DNA of 26,346 bases from Micromonosporaceae bacterium (GTDB lineage Bacteria; Actinomycetota; Actinomycetes; Mycobacteriales; Micromonosporaceae). Location of the stretch: contig JBLNGJ010000562.1 of the NCBI GenBank assembly GCA_050264675.1, forward strand, positions 1-26,346. Reading direction: 5' to 3'. The position numbers and the translations under genes were made by a program. Of the stretch, positions 1 to 7,500 are shown in pieces. How positions within the stretch are numbered: the first letter of the stretch is position 1; each line of letters starts with the position of its first letter. The notes under the pieces were generated by a model. The model was not told the DNA's origin. It saw only the letters and a list, made by a program, of their open reading frames with translations, and did no database searches.

Positions 1-2
1 CC

Positions 3-290
3 GGCGACGACCCGCCCGAGCAGCTGTACCAGCTCTGGGATAGTGCGGTTGAACGCTCCCGAGCGAGGCTCGATGTCGCGCTGGCCAACGGCGGACTCGA
101 CCAGTCGGTCCACGCCAGCGCATCCGACGGTCGGCACGCCAGCCTGCGCCGCCTCGTCTGCGACCTGATCGAGGAGTACGGCCGGCACACCGGGCACGCG
201 GATCTGCTCCGCGAGGCGGTGGACGGGCGGGTCGGCGAGGACCCACCGGCTGGCTGGCGACCGCGATCCGGTCGATTACGCCAGGCCTGA
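3..290 (+). CDS. DinB/DUF664-family protein (mycothiol transferase-like), 5'-truncated by the window edge
   Basis: Not in the ORF track. Frame 3 reads ...LRRLVCDLIEEYGRHTGHADLLREAVDGRVGEDPP... to TGA at 288-290. EEYxRHxGHADLLRExxDG is the typical DUF664/DinB C-terminal motif. Confidence 0.85.
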   Translation, partial: GDDPPEQLYQLWDSAVERSRARLDVALANGGLDQSVHASASDGRHASLRRLVCDLIEEYGRHTGHADLLREAVDGRVGEDPPAGWRPRSGRLRQA

Positions 291-320
291 TCGGACCGTC
301 GGGCCGTAGCATGGGGCGCG

Positions 321-1094
321 ATGCCGCCGCATGTGAAGCGCCGTGGTGTGCCGCAGCCCGGCTCGATCCCCGAGGCGCTGGACATGTTCCGGGCCGAGGT
401 GCGGTTCTACCGGGAGATCGCGCCGGTCGTCGGCGTACGCGTGCCGGTGTGCTACCACGCCGAGGCCGACGATCGTGGCACCCTGCTCGAGCTTGAGGAT
501 CTGGCCGCGTGGCGGTCCGGCGCCGAACCAGTGGCCGCGGCGCGCGGGCTGACCGGCCTGCACCGGCGCTGGGAAGGCCAGGCGCTCCAACGCTGGCCGT
601 GGCTGCGGCGCATGGGTGCCGCCGCCGAGCTGGTCGGTCAGGTCTTCGACGATGTGTGGTCGGCGATGGCCGGTCGCGCGGACATCACCCCGGCCACGCG
701 CGCGGTGGGTGACCGGCTGGCCGGTCATGTCGTCCAAGCGGAACGCGCGGTGGCCCGGGTCGGCCCCGTCACGTTGCTGCACGGCGATGCATCGCTGCGC
801 AACCTGCGCACCAGCCCCAGCGGCGAGGTCGCGTTTCTCGACTGGGAGGACGTCTCCGCTGGCCCGGGCGCACGCGATCTCGCCTGGCTGCTGGTCTCCT
901 CGGTAGAACCCGAGCGGTGGCAGGAGGCTATCGCCGCGTACGGCGACCGCCCGGATCTTACCGCCATTCTGCCTGCCCTACTGGTCCAGGGTCTGCTCAG
1001 CATGTCGGGCACGGCCGAGGAGTCCGCCGAGGCGATCGCGTGGAGCCGACGGCTGGACGCGGCGGCCCACCTGGTGGGCGAGACTCCGGTCTAG
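321..1094 (+). CDS. Aminoglycoside/choline kinase-like phosphotransferase (APH superfamily)
   Basis: Catalytic HGDASLRN (HGDxxxxN), metal-binding LDWE, and N-lobe EVRFY motifs. The start codon is uncertain because there is no clear RBS. Confidence 0.8.
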   Translation: MPPHVKRRGVPQPGSIPEALDMFRAEVRFYREIAPVVGVRVPVCYHAEADDRGTLLELEDLAAWRSGAEPVAAARGLTGLHRRWEGQALQRWPWLRRMGAAAELVGQVFDDVWSAMAGRADITPATRAVGDRLAGHVVQAERAVARVGPVTLLHGDASLRNLRTSPSGEVAFLDWEDVSAGPGARDLAWLLVSSVEPERWQEAIAAYGDRPDLTAILPALLVQGLLSMSGTAEESAEAIAWSRRLDAAAHLVGETPV

Positions 1095-1152
1095 CCGGTG
1101 AGTCAGCCTGCCGCTGTTCGAGCGGTTCTGAGCTGGTGCTCCCGAAACAGGG

Positions 1153-1357
1153 TCAGGTCGACGGCGGCGGGCCAGCGCAGCCGGCAGCTGCAGGGAATCC
1201 GCCTTCGACCACAGTGGACGCTTGGTCGGGGGATGCGTTTGTCGATCGCGATGACGTCGGGTCGCTTTGGCAGCGAGCACAGCGCGTCCAGGCAGGAATG
1301 CGGTCGTTGATAACGATTCCGCGGCACAACGACGACCGTGACGCCGGCGGCAGGCAT
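1153..1357 (-). pseudogene. Glycosyltransferase family 2 N-terminal relic (frameshifted, truncated)
   Basis: The minus strand reads MPAAGVTVVVVPRNRYQRPHSCLDALCSLPKRPDVIAID. Dropping one base of the TTT at 1238-1240 continues it as NASPDQASTVVEGGFPAA to TGA at 1155-1153. This matches the GT2 start consensus VxVVxxTRNRxxxLxxcLxxL..pxVIVVDNaSxDxt. Confidence 0.65.
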
Positions 1358-1450
1358 GCGGGGGTGCCGCTACCCCGGGCTTATCCGGACAGACCCGGTG
1401 CGGAGTGGTCTCGCCCGTCCGTGGGTGATGGGCCCCCGAGGCCCCCACGT

Positions 1451-1468
1451 CGGTCGTCAAGACGACCG
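1451..1468. promoter_or_regulatory. Perfect inverted repeat CGGTCGTC-AA-GACGACCG upstream of the two-component operon
   Basis: 8-bp arms with a 2-nt spacer, read directly. The regulatory role is inferred from position. Confidence 0.4.
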
Positions 1469-1535
1469 TCCAATGTTGTGTCGCCATTGAGACATTTCCC
1501 ACCGGCGTTGGTCGGCCGCTGCCATCCTGCTGCCT

Positions 1536-2690
1536 GTGGTCGTCGGTGCCGGGGGGCTGGCGCACCTAACCCCGGTCCGCGTGACCATGGGCCGTCTCGC
1601 GGCCGGCGCGCGGGGCACCGTGACGATTGCGGCGGTCGCGTCCGCCGCCGTAGGTACGGTTCCGCCGCTGTCGTGGGGGTGGGTGGCGCCGGTTCTGATC
1701 GCGCTGGTCGCTTGGACCAGCGTCTATGTCCGCGTGGCTTGGACGGTCGGCATGCGTCCCTGGGTGGCCTTCGTCGACCTTGCCTTTGGTGCCTTTATCT
1801 GTCTGAACATTGGCCATCTGGTGCCAGCTGCCGCCCTGCAAGGATCCAGCTGGGTCAGCAACGTCGCCAGCATGATCGTCGTGTGGGCGCAGGTGACCGG
1901 CTCACCGGCCATCTATGTACCTTCAGGTCTAGCTGTCGCGGCCACCTTCGTCGCGGGTTGCCAGATCGCGCACATGCCTAACGGCCTGAGCTACAGCATC
2001 ACCATGGCGACCCAGGTGATCGCCGGTGCCGCGGTGATGCAGATCGCCGTGCGGGCAGGGAGGGTGGCTTCGCGAACCTTTGACGAGTTGCAGGGTGCTT
2101 AGCGGGCAGCGGCAATCGAGACCGCCCGTCGGGCCGACGAGCGGGCCCAGCTGCGCTTGCTCCACAATGGTCCGCTCACGACGCTGACGATGGCCATCCA
2201 CGGCGACAGCCAGCGCCATCCCTCGGCCCTGCTGCGGCAGCGGGCTGCCGCAAACCTCGTGGATCTGCAGCAACTCGCGAACGAGACACCGGACGCTGAG
2301 CTGACTGAGGATGCCCGCCTGGACGAGCGCCTGGCCCAGGTGGTCGTGTGGTACGAGCCGATGCTGCTCGTATCCACCCGCCTACCGGCCTGCCAGGTGC
2401 CGAGACCGATCGCCGACGCGTTCGCCGAGGCCGCCGCCGAGGCATTGGAGAACATCGTGCGTCACGCCCAGACCGAACGCGCGCTGCTCGCCCTCGACAA
2501 CGTTGACGGCCTGGTCCGGGTCACCGTGACCGACCATGGCCGCGGCTTCGAGCCGGCCGGCCGAACCGACCAACACTTCGGGCTCCGGGAGGCGATGCTC
2601 GGGCGGATGGCCGCGGCCGGCGGCAAGGCCCGCGTCGAGTCGCGACCCGGGCACGGGACTGTCGTGGTGCTGGAGTGGCGCCGTGGCTGA
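1536..2690 (+). pseudogene. Membrane sensor histidine kinase (NarX/DesK-like HATPase), interrupted by an in-frame TAG at 2100-2102
   Basis: ORFs 1536..2102 (multi-TM) and 2157..2690 are in the same frame and join as ELQGA*RAAAIETARRADERAQLRLLHNGPLTTL. H-box LHN (His codon 2163-2165), N-box EALENIVRHA, G1 VTDHGRGF, G2-like GHGTVV. The true start is uncertain (1536, 1581 or 1587). Confidence 0.8.
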
Positions 2691-3805
2691 CACCGTCGTG
2701 GCCTCTGTGGAGCGCTATGAGCGGGGGGCGTTGCGGGCGGCGATCGTGGTGATGCTCGGTTGGCATCTCTTCGCCGTCCTGCCGACTGCGGTTGGCGGGT
2801 GGCCGTACTACCGCCCGGCCTGGACGGGACTGGCCGTCTGGCTGGTCGATGCGGGTGGTTGGTGTGGTCATCGCGGTGGTGGTGTGGCGTGGCGGCGGCC
2901 GCAGAATCGGTGGCGTCCAGTCGGTGGCGGTGATTGTCCTGGTCGGCGTCGTTGTCGTCGCGTGGGCCAGCCCTACCCGCGCCCCGATGGACCCGTACAG
3001 CTGGGCGTACTCGACCTCGGCCTGGTTTGTGATGGTTGCGGGATGGCGGCTGCGGATCCGGGCGCTGATGTGGTTCCTGGTGGCCAACACGCTGGTCGGC
3101 TTGGCCGCATTGATCGCCTCAGGCAACACCGACCGGGTCAGCGTCGCCCGCTTCGTGATAGTCAGCTACGGCGTGAGCGTGCTTCAGGTCTCCGTGCTAG
3201 TGGGCAGCCGCGTCCTCACGACCGTCGCGCGTCGCACCGCCGAGGCGCAGGAAGCTCAGGCCCGCCTGGCCAACCGGCGGCTCGCCGCCGGCGCCGTTCA
3301 CGAGGCGCGCCGAGCGCGCTTCGACGAAGTTCGGCAGGCGGCCGCGGAGCTCCTCGCAGACCTGGCCGAAGACCGCTTGGACCTCACCAACACGACCACC
3401 CAGCAGCACATGCGTATCGCAGTCTCCCGGCTGCGCCGGCTCATCGTGGAAACCGATGAGGTGCCCGAGCCACTTCAGCACGAACTGCGGGCGTGTGCCG
3501 ACGCGGCGGAGCGGCGTGGAGTCGAGGTGGATCTGCAGGCACCGGTCGGGCACCTGCCCGCGTTGCCGGTGGCCGCACGTCGGGCATTAACCGAGCCCGT
3601 GATCCATGTGCTGGCCGGTGCCCGTACACGGGCCCGGATCACCGTCGTGGCCCGACCGACCGACATCACCGTGGCGGTGGTCGCGGATGCGCCACCGGAT
3701 ACCACCGTCGCTGGTGGTGCCGAAACCGAGTTGACCTTCGACCGCGAAGGAGACGTGCTGTGGGCTCAGACGCGCTGGAACGCCCGGTCACCGTTGCTGT
3801 CATAG
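2683..3805 (+). pseudogene. Second multi-TM sensor-kinase-like protein (degenerate kinase core) with a +1 frameshift at about 2853-2855
   Basis: GTG at 2683 overlaps the HK1 stop. Frame 1 reads VADTVVASVERYERGALRAAIVVMLGW...WLVDA; frame 2 continues VVGVVIAVVVWR...PLQHELRACADAAERRGVEV...RRALTEPV to TAG at 3803-3805. Removing one G from GCGGGTG gives a continuous TM helix. Confidence 0.75.
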
Positions 3806-4461
3806 AGGACATTGACGTCGTTGTCGAGGGCGTCCGGTCGTGGATCGCCAGCGACCCGCAGCGGCGGGCCACCGTCGTGGCGGTCGCCGACACCGTCGAG
3901 GCGATCCTGGACGGACCGGGTCGCGAAGCGGATGTGCTCGTGCTCGACCTCGAACTCGGCGATGTCATGGTCACGCCCCGCGTGGCGGAGCTCAGCGACG
4001 CCGGCTACCGCGTGGTGGTCTACTCCGTGCACGTCGAGCCGCTCGTGGTGAAGGAGGCGCTGGCCGCCGGAGCCTGCGCCTTCCTTGACAAGCGGACGGA
4101 GAAGGCCGAGTTCGTCGACATGATCGTCGACGTCGCCCACGACCGTCCACACGTGACTCAGTCCATGGCCGGCGGCATCCTGCAGAGCGTTGACCTTTCG
4201 GGTCGAGAGCGGGAGGCGCTGCTGCTGCTCTTTCAGGGCATGACCTACGCGTCGATGGCGCGCCGGATGACCAAGCCAGGCGATAGCACACCGATCAGCC
4301 GGGAGACGGCCAAACAGTACGTGGAGCGGGCTCGGGCGAAGCTGGCCGCCACCGGTAGACCCTGCCGGTCGAACTTCGCGCTGCTGGCCCGCTGCATCGA
4401 GCTCGGCCTGATCCGACCGGATCAGGTGGCCGACTACCGATCCGCCGCTCACTCGGAATAG
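3760..4461 (+). CDS. NarL/LuxR-family two-component response regulator
   Basis: Receiver motifs VAVIED, VLVLD (phosphoacceptor), VVVYS and FLDK, then a C-terminal LSGRERE...HTH. GTG at 3760 has AAGGAG 7 nt upstream. The ORF-track start at 3493 is an upstream extension. Confidence 0.9.
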   Translation: MGSDALERPVTVAVIEDIDVVVEGVRSWIASDPQRRATVVAVADTVEAILDGPGREADVLVLDLELGDVMVTPRVAELSDAGYRVVVYSVHVEPLVVKEALAAGACAFLDKRTEKAEFVDMIVDVAHDRPHVTQSMAGGILQSVDLSGREREALLLLFQGMTYASMARRMTKPGDSTPISRETAKQYVERARAKLAATGRPCRSNFALLARCIELGLIRPDQVADYRSAAHSE

Positions 4462-4477
4462 CTTGTCGGCACTTCGT

Positions 4478-4495
4478 GACCTCTGGATGGAGGTC
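4478..4495. promoter_or_regulatory. Inverted repeat GACCTC-N6-GAGGTC upstream of the giant secreted protein gene
   Basis: 6-bp arms read directly in the intergenic region after the response regulator. Function is inferred only. Confidence 0.3.
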
Positions 4496-4592
4496 TATGC
4501 CGATCGCAGGCAATCACGACACGCTGACTCATGCACATGCGCTGTTCTGTGCTGCGCGTGTTTGGGGAGTTGTCGTGCCGGGGAGGGCGGAC

Positions 4593-7500
4593 ATGTTCCA
4601 CGTTGCTCAGCGCTATGTCGCGTGGGTTGCCGGAGTTGTCGTTGCACTGCTTGTCCTGGCGATGCCGGATGTAGCGCATGCGGCTGGCAGTGTGCACCTT
4701 TCCGGGACGGTTACCGACCAAAGCGGCGCCGGCGTTCAAAACGTGTCGGTGACCGCAACGGCGCCGGGCGGCACTACCGTGCTGTTCGGTCCCAGCTTGA
4801 CCGCGGCGAACGGTGCCTACCAGCTTGACGTTGACCCCGGCACTTATGATATCCATTTCACACCCCCGGCGGGCAGCGGCCTGAACTCTATCACGAGCAA
4901 CAATCTGATAGCTCAAGTGGACCAGGTTGTAAGCGTTCAGTTGACGCCGCCCACGCACACTATTTCGGGTGTTGTGCGTGATGGTGCGGGTAATCTGCTG
5001 CCGGCGTTGACGGTGCAATTTCGGCTGGTGAGTACGGACGCCTCGGCCGAGACGGTGACGGATGCCAATGGCCACTACGTGGCGACGTTGAACGCGGGTG
5101 TGTACTATCTCAACGCACTATTTGGCACCGCCCCGCAGCCTCTGGGGTTCGTTAGTGTTAGCCGGCGGGACTCGCCGTCGAGTATGCCGCAGTTCGATGT
5201 CGTTAACGCCGACGTGGTTCAAGACTTCCAGCTGCCCACGACTGTGTTGACGGTGACAGTCAAGGATGGCTTCGGTAACCCGGCGTCGGGGGTAGCGGTG
5301 GGCGCAACCGGTGGGGGGAACTTCGCGCTGACCGCCGGCGGCGTTTCGTTGTATGGAAACAACTCGTTCCGGGGCGGCACGACCAACGCTCTCGGCGTGA
5401 GCACCATCACGCTGTTCAAGACGACCTACCCCACCGCCACGATATGCGCGACTGTGACCGGCAACCAAGTCTGCAACACGACCCCCGTCACCATCACCGG
5501 ACCAACCAACCTACTCTTCCAGTCGGCCTCCCAGGTGCCGCCTGCGCCGACCGGCCTCACGGCAACGACCCCGACCGCGAACGCACCGGCGCTGAGCTGG
5601 AACACCGTGAGCGTCGCGGCGAGTTATCGCGTTTACCGCAGCGGTCAGTTGCTGGGTAGCACCACGACGACGAGCTTCGTCGATAGCGCCCTCGACGCCG
5701 GCGGCTCCTACAGCTACACGGTGACTGCGGTGAGCGCGCTCAACATCGAGAGCCCGGCGTCGATGGCATTTGTGGTCGTCTACACCTCGGGCCCCGCCGT
5801 GACCAACGTCGCCGTAAACCCGAGCACGATATCCGTCGGCCAGACGGCAACACTCAGCGCCACGGTCACCGACGCGGTCGCCAGCGTCGTGGCGGCCGAG
5901 TACTTCGAGAGCGCCGATCCAGGCGAGGGACATGGCCTCGCCATGACAGTCTTCGGCTCGACCACGTCGGTGACGCTGCCGAGCAACCTGGCGCTTGGAC
6001 CGCACACGTTCACGGTCCGGGCCAAGGACAGCCTCGGCAGCTGGACCAGAGGCACGCTGCCATCGGCAACCCTCACTGTCGTGCTTCCCACCCTGAACGG
6101 GCGCGTGCTCAACGGCGCAAACCAGGGCCTCTCCGGCGTGCGCATCGACGTGGTGAGCCCGAGCAACCATTCAAACGTCCTAGCCACCACCACCTCCGGG
6201 TCCACTGGCGACTACTCGGTCAGCGCGTCGCCCGGCACCTACGACGTCATCTACACCCCGACCGGCACCACCTACCAGCCGACGACCAAGACCGCGGTCA
6301 ATCTGACCACCAGCACCACAATCGACGTGGTCCTGGTGTTGGTGCCACGTATCTTCAGCGGCACGGTCAGCGACAAGAACGGCATACCGATTCCCGGCGT
6401 GACCGTACGCCTCAACAACGCCGGCGGGCAGACGTTCAGCACGATCACTGCCTCCGACGGCTCCTTCTCCGTCGACGTGAACCCGGCGACGTACTCGGTG
6501 ACGCTGAGCGGCACCCACACGTTGGCCCCAGCGGCGTTGGTGCCGGCGACGTTCAGCCTGGGCGGCGGCGCCCTCGACCTGACCGACAACGTGGATCAGA
6601 ACTTCACGATCAGCGCCGTTACGGCGACCTTCGTAACGAGGAGCGCGCTGACCGGAGCCACGGTTGGCGGGGTTGCGCTGACGATCTCCACGTCGACCGA
6701 CACCACCGTCTACGCCGGATCCGGTTCGTACGCCGGTGGCTCCAGCTACGGGGCCATGACCGATGCCTCCGGCTCGGTCTCGGTCGTGCTGCTGTCGGGT
6801 AGCCGGTACACGGTGACCGCGGTGCCGCCGACCGGGTCAGGTGTGGTGGCGACCTCGTTCCCGCAGGCCGGCCCGATCGTTGCCGACATCCTCGTACCGC
6901 TGCCGCTCACGGCCGACATCCGCCACTTCACCGGCGCCTTCACTGACAACATCGGTGCCGGGCTTACCGGCGCGACCATCCGGCTGACCGGTCCGCTCGG
7001 TACGTTCCAGGCGACCACCGGCCCCGGCGGTAGCTTCGACGTGGAGGCGGCCGCCGGGACCTACACGTTGACGGTCAACGGAAGCCGACCGTCCGGATCA
7101 GGGCTGCACATCCCGGACACGTTCAGCCTCAGCGGCGCCAGCATCGACATCAGCAGCGCCGACCGGGCGCAGCACCTGACACTGGACGCCGCCACGGTGG
7201 ACGTGACCGCCAAAAGCCCGTTCGACACGAACGTGCCGGACGTCGAGATCCTCATCACCAGCGCTGGCGGCAGTGCGACGCTGTTCCCGGGTGGCTCGTT
7301 CACGGCAACCGCATCCAGTGCGAAGACCACCAATGCCAGCGGCGTGGCGAGCCTCTTCGCCACCAAGGGCCTGACCTACACCACCAAAGCCACACCGGCA
7401 CCCGGCAGCGGCTACCGCGTGACCAACCTCGCCGCGTCGCCCGTCGTCGCTACCAACACCGCGTGGCCGATACCCCTTGCCCGCGATCTGAAGACGTTCA

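Noticed and set aside
917-1981. 354-aa plus-strand ORF, and the 978..1565 minus-strand ORF
   Set aside because: Arg/Gly/Pro-rich, low-information translations that overlap the kinase genes and the GT2 relic, with no motifs.
2100-2102. Programmed amber readthrough (pyrrolysine) in HK1
   Set aside because: No pyl genes are in the window, the site is a non-catalytic coiled coil, and neighbouring genes are also damaged. Mutation or sequencing error is simpler.
4476-4592. ORF-track N-terminal extensions (4476, 3493, 12288, 19621, 24654, 24380, 15047, 14853, 17570)
   Set aside because: Internal starts fit better, through an RBS, a stop-start overlap or the family N-terminus. The extensions overlap other genes or regulatory DNA.
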